This document shows positions 1 through 12,640 of a stretch of DNA of 64,000 bases, in pieces; the first letter of the stretch is position 1, and each line of letters starts with the position of its first letter. Origin of the DNA: Carcharhinus longimanus (Eukaryota); NCBI GenBank assembly GCA_030264375.1, contig JASCQW010000162.1, positions 89,716,433-89,780,432 on the forward strand, given 5' to 3'. The position numbers and the translations under genes were made by a program. The notes under the pieces are model-generated. The model saw nothing but the letters and a program-made list of their open reading frames with translations. It was not told the DNA's origin and ran no database searches.

Positions 1-190
1 GTTCTTAAACCTGTTTCCACCACCTTCTCATTCAATCTGTTTCAGATCGTAACACAGCGTGCTAAATTTCTCCTTGTTTCCTCTCTGGGCCTTTTGTTAA
101 TTGCCTTAAATCAATGTCCTCTGGTGCACTATCAACTTGCAATTGGAAATAATTGCTTTCTATTTACTCTATGAAAATCCCTCAGGGTTC
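1..190 (-). mobile_element. Decayed CR1 LINE 3' fragment
   Basis: Resembles the reverse complement of the CR1 3' regions found elsewhere in the window. Confidence 0.5.
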
Positions 191-599
191 TCTATGTTCC
201 ACAGATGCCTTGCGCTGTATGTAACCCAGCTGTGGGTTTGATGCTTTAAATATAAAAAAAAAACAACTCCCTCGTAGTCGTGAGCCTCACCTGACAGAGA
301 CTGAATAAGAAAAATAGCAATTGAAGAAGATTGAACCTCCATGGACTTTGTGTGTGGGCACAAAGCTTCCACATAACCTTGAAAGGCGATACTGTATATC
401 AGAATAACAATGTTTCTTCCACATAGAAATCAAAATCTAAACTTGGCTGAAATCCAAAAGATTGGAACCAACCAATTAGACTTCTGGGCACTGAGTGTCC
501 TTCGAGCTTCAGAGTGGTGGCCACAGCACACATTCTCCTGGTGTGCAAGATGCTGAAGGATTTTTGCAGACTTCAAACCAGTTGAGCCGAGACACATAT

Positions 600-1110
600 G
601 CACTAGCAGGCATTCCCCTTGGAATCCAATGTCTGAAAGAATGATCGAAGCAAGACAAGCTGCTGAAAGAGAGAGGAGGAGGAAGAGAAAGTCTTTCAGC
701 AGAAATCAAATCCATCCAGAGTGTTTGGGGTGTAATTCCACTGTCTGAACCTTAGTGGGGAGCAATGTGTGAGATATCTGCTTTGCAGTAGCAAAATCCT
801 CACTGAAATGTATCACCTGCCGCAGCCACACATCAAACTTGGAGCAGGGCAAGGATTGCATTGCCAGTGGTTGTGAAGGTGGCCGTAATGATGATGAAGC
901 TTTTCGCATCTGAGTACCTCCAGGGTGATGTGAAAATATTTGTAACATCTTCCAAATTGCCCCCCCAATGATTAGCACACCACCCAATGAGAGCTAATTA
1001 CATTTGATTTTCTCTTGCTGGAGATACACAGGCAGAGCAAACATGCTGCTTCATAGGGATTGCAGACTCCCCCATGGTGCAAGACGCCACTGACTACACG
1101 TGCTTCTCTT
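600..1110 (+). mobile_element. PIF/Harbinger transposase relic, copy 1
   Basis: Frameshifted motifs ALPVVVKVA, FAS..LQ, and IADSPMVQDATDYT (HARBI1-like GFPxVxGAIDCTH). Confidence 0.65.
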
Positions 1111-1479
1111 GTGGCAGAGTATATCAGCTCAGCCATATACCAGAAATGATAAAGATTTCACTCCCTCAATGTGTGTAACAATAGGCTGTTAATTACATCG
1201 ATTAATGCCTGGCAGCAGTTAGAATGCCATTATTCTGCGACAGTCTGAAATTCCAAGTTAATTTCAGCCGCCTCAACAAGCCAGAGTGGGGTTTACTGAA
1301 TGAAAAATTACCACCGGTGGCATGGTTAAGGGCTCTGGTGCACAATCCTTACACACACATATAAGAAGCGTTCTTACAATAAAAGTCATGCTGCCATATG
1401 AAATAATGCAGAGCATTGACAAATTAAAATGATTTTGCTACCTGGCAGTTCTAGTGGAACCTGCCACACTTGGCAGAGT

Positions 1480-2340
1480 TGGTGTCAAAAGTCATAAGTG
1501 TTTCCTGCATGTTACACAACCTCGCCTTAACAAGCAGACAACCCTCGCCTCCAGCTCCATAGTGAGCAGCTGAGGAGAGGAGAGGAAAGGAAGGGAGGAG
1601 GCAACTTTGGCAGCCCCTCTCAGCCTGGCTAGATATGAAGAATTAATCTGAGTGTGAAACCAATAATGCATGCTCAGGGTGAGAATGGCACTACCAATAG
1701 CTGTGAAGATGGCCATGATCATGAATGTCTTTGAGTTGGTCTCCTTCCAGGCTGGAGCAGGCAATATATTCAACATCTCTCAATTCGTCATCCGCTGCCG
1801 TATAAGGAAGAAGATCACATGTTGTAAGTGAAGAGAGAAAATACATTGCCTTCTCCCTGTCGAGAGCGGACATGAACATGGCTTTGCCAGGATAGCAGAC
1901 TTCCCCAGTATAGGATGCCACTGACTGCAGGTTACACATCTAAACTAAGACCTGTACCATAGCTGCAGAGGGTTCCACTCTTTCATTGTGCAGCTGGTAT
2001 GCAGCTATGCTCTGCGCATCATGTAAATCTCTACCGATGCCGGTCTTGTTTGTTTTATTTTGTACCAGCCCAATTGAGCCACTACAAGGGTGGCAACTGG
2101 GTAACAAAAGCTATCCACTGACTACCTCACTCGTGACTCCAGTATGAAATCCATAGATATATAACAACAGTCATGCTGCCACAAAAAATGTCACTGATCA
2201 GACCATTGGGTTGTTCAAGCAATGATTCTGTTGCCTGAGTTGCTGTGGAGGAGCCCTGCAGTACAATATGGAGTGTGTGTCACAATGTGTGGTGCATCCT
2301 GCACAATCTCACCATCGTGAGAGTATGGATTTTACCACCA
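1480..2340 (+). mobile_element. PIF/Harbinger transposase relic, copy 2
   Basis: Degenerate DDE motifs in the expected order: LPIAVK, SFQAGAG, GFARIADFP, GFHSFIVQLVC, LGNKSYPL, SHAATKNVTDQTIGLFKQ*FCCL, GGALQY, CILHNL. Confidence 0.8.
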
Positions 2341-3259
2341 GGTATACAGTGAGCAGCTGAGAAGGAGTAGTAACATAGCCCATTTCCAACCAGCATTTCA
2401 GTGAGTGGTTCAAACACAATCTCAGTAGCCTAATCATTAATGCCTTGCCTTCCTGTTGCTGACCATTGCAGTATTCACTTGGTCTCACAATGCAAAGATA
2501 AAAGCCACTCTAACATAAACATTCCAAACTGCATGTATAAATAGAATCATGCCTTGTTACATTAAAAAATCAACTGGTCGACTTTCCTCATTCCCTTTTC
2601 ACTACACAATCCTTTAAATTACATGCAGTGTCAGTATCTGAGCTGATGCCTGTCACAGTGAAATCATTGCCTGACTGGTGTTTTGCTGTGCCTCTGCTGC
2701 TTGGTTAGATTGCAGTTCAGGGGAAACTAAAAGGAAAAAGGCACAAGAATAATGCTGTGGAGCAGAGAGGGAGGAAAATAAGAGGGACATGTTTATACCA
2801 TCTACAACTTGTAAACCTGAAGAGTATGGGGGAGTTGGACCTGAGAAAGAGCATTATGTAATAAGTTACTGTCATTTCCTGCTGGCCATGGTGTCAGCAT
2901 TGGGTATCCCAATAATGGACAGCAACATCTCCCCCAATGCTCTTAGGACATGTAGGCACACCTGTCACCATCTGGTTAGTTCCTGCTGTCACCGGATGTG
3001 CACCACTTTGTCCAGAATGATCTATGCAAATGCCATGCAATCTGTTTAGTTGATGTATCTGAAGTGGTCAAACAGCTGGAAGTGTGTCCAAGTTGTGATA
3101 TATGGCTACATGACTTGCAGCAGTTCTGGGTCTGTGAGGGTTTATAGGGTATATAAATGTTAGGTATGAGTCCTGATTGATAGAGATTGTTAGGAGGCAA
3201 GTGCTGGTAGTCTGGTGAACTGATCAGTGTCTGAGGGTAATGGTGCAGGATATAACATT

Positions 3260-3830
3260 CGAAAGTGCACTTATAGACCTTGACCACGCGAGTCAGATCA
3301 TTAAATCCCTTACAGCACTGCATCCAGGTGCTTGGGGTTTGCCTCCTGACATTGATCCTCTGGTGGGTAGCACGGGGACACAGTGGTTGGCATTGCTGTT
3401 TCACAGTGCTAGGGACCTGGGTTTGATTCCCACTTAGGTCACTGTCGGTGTGGAGTTTGCACATTGTCCCAGTGTCTGCATGGGCTTCGTCTGGATGCTC
3501 CGGTTTCCTCCCACAGTCCGAAAGACGTGCTGGTTAGGTGNNNNNNNNNNNNNNNNNNNNNNNNNNNNNNNNNNNNNNNNNNNNNNNNNNNNNNNNNNNN
3601 NNNNNNNNNNNNNNNNNNNNNNNNNNNNNNNNNNNNNNNNNNNNNNNNNNNNNNNNNNNNNNNNNNNNNNNNNNNNNNNNNNNNNNNNNNNNNNNNNNNN
3701 NNNNNNNNNNNNNNNNNNNNNNNNNNNNNNNNNNNNTCCCCAGGTCAAAGTCACTTCCTCAGGATCCTCAGCACCTGTTCCAGCCACAAGGCACCTCCCT
3801 TCAAGGAAGTGCAGATGAACTTTAAGTAAT
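3260..3830 (-). mobile_element. Harbinger ORF2 (Myb/SANT-like) relic, convergent with the transposase and interrupted by a SINE and a gap
   Basis: Minus-strand ORF segment TWMQCCKGFNDLTR matches the Myb/SANT-like RTxxQCxKRFNDL pattern. Confidence 0.55.
3365..3540 (+). mobile_element. HE1-type tRNA-derived SINE, truncated by a gap
   Basis: A-box and B-box-like head plus core gtggagtttgcacatt...ccggtttcctcccacagtcc, shared with other copies in the window. Confidence 0.85.
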
Positions 3831-5759
3831 GGTAGCCACTCATAATATTGACTCCTTGTTCAAGCATTCAGATACTCAACTGCCTGCATTGAAATGCATG
3901 GATAGGGAGCAATGGTGCATTGAGATCCTGCACCTCTTTTAGGGGTTATCCAATTGAGTCTGCTAAATATCTAACCATTACATAAGGTAGGTTAGTTTTA
4001 AAGCAGAGATAGACCGCAAGGGCTTACCAGAACGAGTCTGTCTCACACACGATAAGAAGTGCCCAGGCACTTCTTTTTCTTGGCAACATTCCTCTTTGTC
4101 AATTGCTCCACACTTTTTTTCTTCTGCTTTGCCTTAATCTTCTCCCCTTTTCAGACATTGAGCAACATTGCTGTTGTGCTACTTTAGATACAAACTGAAA
4201 GAGCATAATCAAGGACACGTTTAAAAAGGGTTCACTCAGTGCATTGAGAATTAATGAAAACATTACTAATACTTATGTTTAGCGAGTATGTTATCAAGCC
4301 AGAACATCTCAACATTGCTGAGTGAATTCATTTGAAATAGCATAGCTATCATGTTGGCAAATGTTTAGAATATTAAACAGATACTCGGGGTTATGCCTTT
4401 GATGTTTAATCCTATTTTAGCTATTAAGAAAATTAAGGGATACATCTTTAATATTTACCATAAAATTACAATCATCCTTTTTTTGAAAAATGTAACCTCA
4501 GGCTGCGATGGTACTCGGCCAATGAAACAAGACTTTCATATTCGATAGGCCTGGTCGGTGCGCTGTTAGCTGTCAAAAATGTTAATATTGCACTGTGAAA
4601 AATTATTTGAAACTTATTAATATTGAGCTTTACTGACAATTCTGATTTTTACTTCTTGAATGTTAGGATACAGTACCACAGATTCCATAACTTTTGACAG
4701 AAAAGATGAATTATCTTGTTATTGATGTGTTCAGTAACAAGCCGTCAATCACCACACACTGCATTTGCAGTCTTATAAAAACTGCAGCTCTCAAATGGTA
4801 CTGTTTATGTGACCTTAGCCTCACTTTCCAATCTGTCTTATTGGCAGCAGTATTAATATTTGTAACCACTCCTCTCCTACCAGCATTAGAAAAGGGTTAT
4901 AATCATGTTTTCACACAGTTTGTTATCTACAGCTGTGAGATGCAGTTATTTTCTGAGCCAGAAACAGTTCAGAACAAGATGGATTATTGTGCCTGCCATC
5001 TTTTGATGTGATCATCAGTAAATCTGAATTTATGTCTGATGCTTGTCTGCCAGGGAACAAAACACATTCATTCCTATGAGACCACCAGAGTTGGGTGCAT
5101 GTGTGCAATCTCTAAGAGCGGTTAAACTATGACAACCGCTACATTTCATGAGTGATCAGTTATGAATTTGGCACCCAATGGTGTACCAACATAAATACAA
5201 ACTAAAAATATAACATTCTGGAAAGACTCAGGGAGTGTGGCCGCATCTGTGGAGAGAAAGACAGAATTAACATTTTGGATAATCAGAACTAGATGCCAGT
5301 TCTGACAAAGGGTCATCAACTTGAAAAATTGGCTGGAGTTTTCTCAACTTAGTCCATTGATGGGACCATTAGTGGATCAGAAATACATCAATTAACTGAA
5401 CATAGTATTAACACAACACTCCTGGGTTCCCTGATCAATCTGAGAGGGTGGGAGGGGCAATTAACAGAATGAGAAAGGATTTCTAATCAAAGTGACCAGC
5501 AGTGATCATGATGGTTCATCTGGACTTGGATTTGTTATAGCAACTCAGGAATGAAGAGGGGATCACAGGAATGTTTCTCAGGCCTCTCACTCTTAGCTGG
5601 AGGTCCTGAGGGACTGAGGTGATGTGACCTCTGGCTCCTGTGTTACCCTTTCCCACTGTCTGGACAGCAGATCATTTGTGCCCATTTACTCATCATGTAC
5701 AGATCTTGCTATGTATGTTTGTGCATGTGTGTAACTTGATTGGAACCATCAGTTCTTCG

Positions 5760-7000
5760 TTCTCTAGCATGGTATTCATTGACTTGACCAAAACATTTGA
5801 CTAAGTAAAAATGTAGGCTTTGTGGATTGTGCTGGAAAGATTTGGATGTCCAAGAAAGCTCATCACAATGCAGCAACTGCCTCATGATGATATGACTGTA
5901 ACTGTCTTGATTGCAAGGTGAGAAACACATACCTTCAAAAATCCCGGCCAGTGTCAAATGTGTAATGGCTGCCCTATTATTTAAAACCTACCTGACAATG
6001 GCTGCTCACCTCATTAAAGATCACCTGTCCTTTGGTGTTAGCTAATTGGCATCTGCAAGGAAAGCTCTCTAATCTCAGTCACCTCTGTGTGAAAACTAAA
6101 TTGACCACTATAGGTATACATTACTTAAAGGGTGACTGCAGTGTTATTGCCTACTCTGTACCAGATTTGCAAGCAACTCTTGATCCCTTCAATTTTACAT
6201 TCCGCACATGCAAGAGAAATTTCGTCAGTGAAACCTCCACTGCATTCTCCGCTCCAATGGGAGGACATCAAACAAATCATCGTATTAGGAGAGATTGGGT
6301 CAACTGGGCCTGTATTGACTAAAATTTAGAAGCATGAGAGGGGATCTAATTGAAACGCTGGACAGACTAGATTCAGGGATATTGTTTTAAGGGTCAAGGG
6401 GTCATATTATCAAGATAAGGATAGACCATTTAGGATTGAGATGAGGAGAAACTTCTTCAACCAGAGGGTGGTGAACCTGTGGCATTCTCTACCACAGAAG
6501 ACTGTGGAAGCCAAATCAGTGAATATACTTAAGAAGGAAATAGATGTCTTGACTCTGAAAGTGTCAAAGGGTGTGGGGAGATCATGGGAGTGTGTTGTTG
6601 CAATAGAGGATCCACATGCATTGAATGGCAGAGCAGAACTCAAAGGGCTGAATGGTCTACTTCTGCTCCCATTTCCCAAGTTTCTACGTCCTTCTTGAAA
6701 ATAGATCCACAAATATTCAGGCGCAACAAAGAAAAAAATCAACTTAGACGGACTGGATACTGTTGCCAAATGGCTGCAAACCCCCATATTGTTCTGCTTA
6801 CTCAACTTTCAAATAGCAACCATTCCAGGGGAGGACAAAGAAAATCCTTCGCAGGCAGTCTGAAGCTCTGCTTGAAGAACATAAACATTGACATTAATGA
6901 GTGCAAAGAGCTTGCCATCAATCAAAATGGCAGCAATTTCTCCGTCAAGCTGCTTTGTGTCTCAACATCTTACTGATGATGCAGAATGGTGGCAGAGAAG
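5760..7000 (+). mobile_element. Decayed RTE-clade LINE reverse transcriptase region, split by a CR1 insertion
   Basis: FIDLTKTFD, RFGCPRK and a C-terminal SRGGQRKSFAGSLK..LK...ID motif, with multiple frameshifts. Confidence 0.65.
6285..6690 (+). mobile_element. CR1 LINE 3' end
   Basis: MRRNFFNQRVVNLWHSLPQKTVEAKSVNILKKEID is the CR1 ORF2 C-terminus, followed by the 3' tail aagggctgaatggtctact. Confidence 0.85.
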
Positions 7001-10000
7001 GGAAGGAAACAATGTTTTTTTGGCAAAGGCAGTCTGAAATATGAGTAGTTTTATTTGTACATATCCTCTGGATTATGTGCCTGTAGTTTTTTTTTGGTGT
7101 TTTTTTATAGTTGGGGTCAGATAGTTTTGTGAATGAAATTGGGTGCTTTATGCCAAGGGTATCTCCACTGTGCTTATTCCTGCAGCAGTATCCATTGGAC
7201 AAGCCAGCATGTATTGATTTTGATCAGTTATGATCGAATAGAGTGGCAGAGCAGGCTGGAAGGGCTGAATGGCCTACTCAGGCTTCTATTTTCTATGTTC
7301 CTATGAATGTGAATGTGACGATGAACTGTAGTTAAGAAAAACTTGCATTTATATTGCATCTACCATGATATCAAGATCTCCCATAATGCTTTACAAATAA
7401 TGAAGTGCTTATAAAGTAGTCGCTGTTGCATTGGGGACAAACATTAAATATTGATTAATCATAAAAATTGTGCTGTTTCTGCAACGATTAAAGGAACTTT
7501 TAGCTAACAGGTCTTAAGTATGAAGCGGCTGTATTTTAAAATATAATTTATAAAGACGAATTGAATTCATTTACAATTCCTACAAAGATTTATCAGCCAA
7601 TATATGAAATATTGTTAAGTTAGTTACAGTTCCCTTCTATCATTAGGATAGTTAATAGGAAAAAATGCAAATTAAATGTCAGTTTACATAGTGAATTTCT
7701 CTGCAAGGCATTGCAATGTTGAGAATGCGCAAACTCTAATTGATTATCCTGCATCCTTTGCGTGCTGAAGAGGACAAACCAGCCAGCAGAGCGTATCTGG
7801 ATGTATTGAAACTATCTATTTCCTCCATATATATGAAGCGAGCATTTAATTTTCCTCTGCAAATATATTGTTGTGGTAATGAGATTAAATGAAAAAGATT
7901 ATTTGCTACAGGAGTGATTTTCCAAGGTATTCAATCAGGAAGCCAAAACTCTTCCATAATTTTAAAGTGCTCCATCATCTAATTAGTACATTGAAACAGG
8001 GCATAATGCTCAGGTTGTGATTTGTGAAATCATCATTGTAAATACAGCCCTTACGTTTCTATCCAATTATAACATTAATATCTATTATTAACTGGTGAAT
8101 AGATATTTTCTTTTCATAATTGGTGTTGCAGCTTCAACATTCTGCTTAAAAAGCAAGGCAGTATAAAATCTCATTCATTTCAACAGTCGCTAATCTCTAT
8201 AATTTTGAACACATGGAAGCTTAAATCTGATATTAGATCATTATGACAGAAGTCTCAAGCCTGAATACTGGCTGGTACAACATTGTAAAAAATGACTGTC
8301 ATATCTACTTGTATAAAATGATGTCAAGAATCTTGCAGCGCTAGTTTGGTCTTGCCTCATGTCAAAACAATCAAAACGTAGAGTGAAATATGAAACCTCT
8401 GCTACATAGATGTCCCTTTGTTTATTTTGCCCAATTATATTTTGAAAATGCAAACATGTTAAAATCTCTCAGCCTTTTTGTAGGAAATGCTGCATTTAGA
8501 TGAGAAGGATTAGAATAATTCAATAGTAAACTCTTAAGCGTGCTCAAATGTTGCCTTTAGGTAGCCTTGACCTTGTTTTCATTTTTGTTACACAGTTTCA
8601 CCATTGCAAGAAATTTCCAAGCAAACTGTCCAGATTATTTGTGTGATCTATAACAAATGCCCCGTTATTAGAAATTAGTCCCTTTGACCACATGTCACAC
8701 ATGCAGCACTTACATTAGCTGTTTTATTGTTAGTAATCTGCAATAAAAACAGGAAAATGTTTTTAAAAGTCAACAGGTCACCTGAGGAGAGAGAAATAGT
8801 TTCTAATTCAAACTGATTAATCTTCATCAGACTGGGAAAAGTTAGATGTCTCACATGTTATAACAGGCATAGAGTTGCTGTTGGAGGAGGATTTAGTTTG
8901 TGTAGAATTTTGCTTTCATGACAATAGTCAGTATCGAGGCATGATAATCAATAATTTTTCACATTACTGACATAGATCTGTTTATTCATTGTGATCTTGT
9001 AAATTGGACTGTAAAAATGTTGAGAATTAAACAAATTAAGCAAAGGAAAACAACATGTATAACTCTTGCTTTAGTGATTTGGAGGCTTATTTCATAGAAT
9101 GCCATATGCTGGAAGAAGTTTCTCTTTACTAATCCTATGAATATTTATTGTGGATGGAAATTAACTCCTTTTCCACATAGTTCTGAATTTCACTTTCTCC
9201 ACTTGGTGGTGCATTTCCATTCCTTTTTAAGAACTCTCTCGCTGAAGGTTCTGCTGTTAGCTTCTATTAATTGCTCTTGGCAAAAGAAAACCTCTATTAA
9301 TTGCTCTTCTTATCAGGAGCCACATGTTTTTAACAATTTCATGGCCCCTCAATTCTGATACATGTTTGCAATAATTGGTGTCATTTTTAGAGTCTATTTT
9401 CCTTGATCGAAGAACATATTCATTCTGACTTGCCATAGTATAAGCATATTGATGAAAACAGACCTCCTGTCTCCTTGCTGGCTGCAAACTGAGAGCCGTG
9501 GAGCTGAAAAGGGGTGTTTTGTGTTTATGTTAGGTATTATCTCAGCACCATCTATGTAGCCATTGTTCCCCCAAAATAGGCAGGGCAATGACTTGAGGAC
9601 ATGCCTTCTGCATTGTTAATCAGTAATTAAGCACTTGGATGTGTGCGGTTATGATGAGGATTAGTTCTCCCCCTAACAAATCCAGCATGAAAATACGTCT
9701 TATTATTTGGGCATGTGCATGATATAAACAATTGTTATAACAATAACCTAGCAACAGAAAATTGCTCTTCCAGGGTCATCTTTATTTAGTGGCAATCATG
9801 AATGCTTCATGAAATTTTAAGCAACTAATAAAGGAAAAAAGCATTAGAGTAAAGCAGAGGGTCCAACTTAATCAGGTGGCCCCAACTGTGGGCAGGAAAA
9901 TTGAGGGCAACCTCATTGTGACTGTTTCAGGGAGCTCCAGCACAAACTATGCCAAGTAAGCAATAAATTGTCTGGTGTTAAGACCTCTGACCTGTTAAGG

Positions 10001-10109
10001 GCAAAGATCCTGCGACCTAGAGGTGCTGGCCAATTGAACGGCTCATTGCTCTTCAAGCTCAGTTGTGCCACCAGTGGTGGTGAGCCACTGCTGGGGTTAA
10101 ATAAGCGGA

Positions 10110-10785
10110 GAAAAAGAAAGACTTGCATTTATGTAGTGCTTTTCATGACCATTGGGCATCTCAAAGCACATTACAGCCAATCAAGTATTTTTTGAAATGA
10201 ACTCACTGTCGTATTGTAGGAAATCTTGATGCTAATTTGCGCCAGCAAATTCCCACAAGAAGTGATGTGATAATGATCTGTGATGTCCATTGAGGGATAA
10301 CGGTTGGCCAGGTCAATGGGCCAACTATGATGGCAAGGTGGCACAGTGGTTAGCATGGCTACCTCACAGTGCCAGGGAACTGGGTTTGATTCCCAGCTTG
10401 GGTCGCTATCCAGAGTCTGCACATCCTCCCTGCGTCCATGTATGTTTCCTCCAAGTGCTCAGTTTCCTTCCACAGCCTGGAAGATGTGCTGTTTAGGTGC
10501 ACTGGCCATGCTAAATTCTCTCTGTGTAACCAAACAGCTGCTGCAGTGTGGTGACTGGGAATTTTCACAGTAAGTTCATTACAGTGTTAATGTAAATCTA
10601 CTTGTGACACTAATAATAAATAAACTTTACACTTGTTCACAATAGTGTTATGGGCCCCTTTGCATCCACCTGTGCAGGTAGATGACACTACAGTTTAACA
10701 TTTAATCCAAAAAAAAGGCACCTCCAACTGTGCAATGTTCCCTCATTGGAGTGTCAGCCTTGATTTTTGCACTCAAGCCCCGGAG
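10110..10785 (+). mobile_element. Deu-domain SINE (SacSINE1/AmnSINE1-like) interrupted by an HE1 SINE
   Basis: acttgcatttatgtagtgcttttcatgacc...tcaaagcacattacagccaat core, resuming after 10630 with catccacctg...ggagtgtcagccttgattt. A shorter fragment lies near 7335-7430. Confidence 0.65.
10331..10630 (+). mobile_element. HE1-type SINE, near full length
   Basis: ggtggcacagtggttagc head, HE1 core and a tail ending cttgtgacactaataataaataaacttt. Confidence 0.85.
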
Positions 10786-11939
10786 GACACAAAGATGGTA
10801 AATGTAGGGTTTCGGGCTGAGTGCATCAGCATGGTCAACCCTTTTTGTGTGTGGCCCTTCTTGGGCAAAGGAATCTGATCAGGTGAACCTCCCACCACTG
10901 AGCTTGCAAGAAGGTTGCCTATCTTTCCTTGTCAGCATTCCCAAGTGGCATAGGGCTACCTAAGGTGCTGGTAGATTATCAGCAGCAACAGAATGAGATT
11001 CTTTTAATTGGCCACCTACAGGCTCCAAATTGGCCTCTGGGTGGGAAGTCAGTCCTTAATCTCCCTGCCCATGACTGACTGTGGAGAATCAGAAAGAAAA
11101 TGGGAGCTCCTCCCCACCTTTTCTCAAAATGCTATACTCTTAACCTCTCCATCCATTCTCATGAGGTGGATTAAATTCTGCCTTAGTCCACTTCACAGCA
11201 GCAAAGATTATTTTTAAATTGAGACTAGAAAGGGCAACATTGAGGGACTTAAGGAACCTATTGATAGTGCTGCAAGAAACTCTATGCTTTTCAAAAACAA
11301 TGTATTTTTGTGATATCCCTTTAAACCAAAGCAAAACTAAAGAAAATTCCGGTAAGGCAGCAAGATACTTTTGGAATTCCTGGCCATAACATCATTTCTG
11401 AGAAGTGAAGCTCTGGTTGAGATTGCTATGGAGATGAAAGCTGAGTTTAAAAGAAAAGACAAAGCAAAACTAATTTGGGGAATTGAGCTACAACTTGTAG
11501 TCAGCAGCAGAAAAGACAGATCCTTGTGAGTTAAAGAAGCAAATCTCTCCCAGGAGGAGATCAGTTGTTTTTTTTCTCTCTGATAGAAAAGGAGTTACAA
11601 GAAATGTGTGAGTTAGCTAAAAGATCTCAAACTTAGAGGTCTGTGTGAATAGATGGAGACTCTAAAGAGCTGGGTGTTTTCACCAGAGGTGGCAAAACTG
11701 TGAACCGGTAAGGGTGGAAAGCTACACTGTGGCATAGATTTTCCTTTCTGGAACTGTAACGGTGGCAGAAGGGCAAAAATTGCCAATTCTGATGATTTTT
11801 CCAAGGATAGGGAGAACGTGCAGTGGCCAGGACAGTGAACTGCCTTGTTAATTGGGCTGATTGAGCTTATTAGGGAGCTTGAGGTATCTCTTATCTCTTC
11901 TTTTAAAACTTACCAAAAAACCTATCTGTGAGTTCTAAA

Positions 11940-12226
11940 GATACACATCTCTTTAACCTGTGCTTAACCCTCTCTCCACTCACATTGTCTGTACCTTTAA
12001 GGCTTCTTTACCTGTAAAGACTCACATTCCAATCATTATTTTGTAAATTGAGTTTGTGTCTTTATGTGCCCTGTTTGTGAATAGAACTCCCACTCATCTG
12101 ATGAAGGAGCAATGCTCTGAAAACTAGTGGCCTGTCCTACCAAATAAACCTATTGGATTTTAACCTGGTGTTGTGAGACTTCTTACTGTGTTTACCCCAG
12201 TCCAACGCCGGCATCTCCACATCATG
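11940..12226 (+). mobile_element. Penelope-like element terminal fragment with a hammerhead-like motif
   Basis: ctgatgaaggagc-aat-gctctgaaa followed by aataaacc...aacctggtgttgtgagact...cagtccaacgccggcatctccacatcat. The same family occurs at 20766-20890 and 37461-37528. Confidence 0.65.
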
Positions 12227-12264
12227 TATCTTTTATCATCAGAGCACTTAAACATTTTTTTTTA

Positions 12265-12640
12265 TTTGATTGGATTTATTATTGTCACATGTATTAGTAT
12301 ACAGTGAAAAGTATTGTTTCTTGCGTGCTATGCAGAGAAAGCATAGTGTTCATAGAGTACATGGGGAGAGCAAGAGGGTGCAGAATGTAGTATTACAGTC
12401 ATAGCTGGGGTGTAAAGAAAGATCAACTTAATATAAGGTAGGTCTATTCAAAAATGTGATGGCAGCAGGCAAGAAACTATTCTTGAATCAGTTGATACAT
12501 GACCTCAGATTTTTGTATCTTTTCCTGACAGAAGAAGGTGGGAGAGAGTATAACTGAGGTGCATGGGGTCCTTGATTATGCTGGCTGCTTTTCCAAGGCA
12601 TCGGGAAGTGTAGACAGAGTCAATGGATGCATAATGGATA
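12265..12640 (-). mobile_element. LINE 3' fragment (Rex1/L2-like)
   Basis: Matches a recalled shark LINE tail (tttatattgtcacatgta...ggggtccttgattatgctggctgct). The clade is uncertain. Confidence 0.45.

Noticed and set aside
4028-4194. Minus-strand 167-nt segment with a strong acceptor (tgctctttcag) and donor (CTG|gtaagc)
   Set aside because: All three frames contain stops and there is no DEPDC similarity. At most it is a non-coding exon, and nothing supports that.
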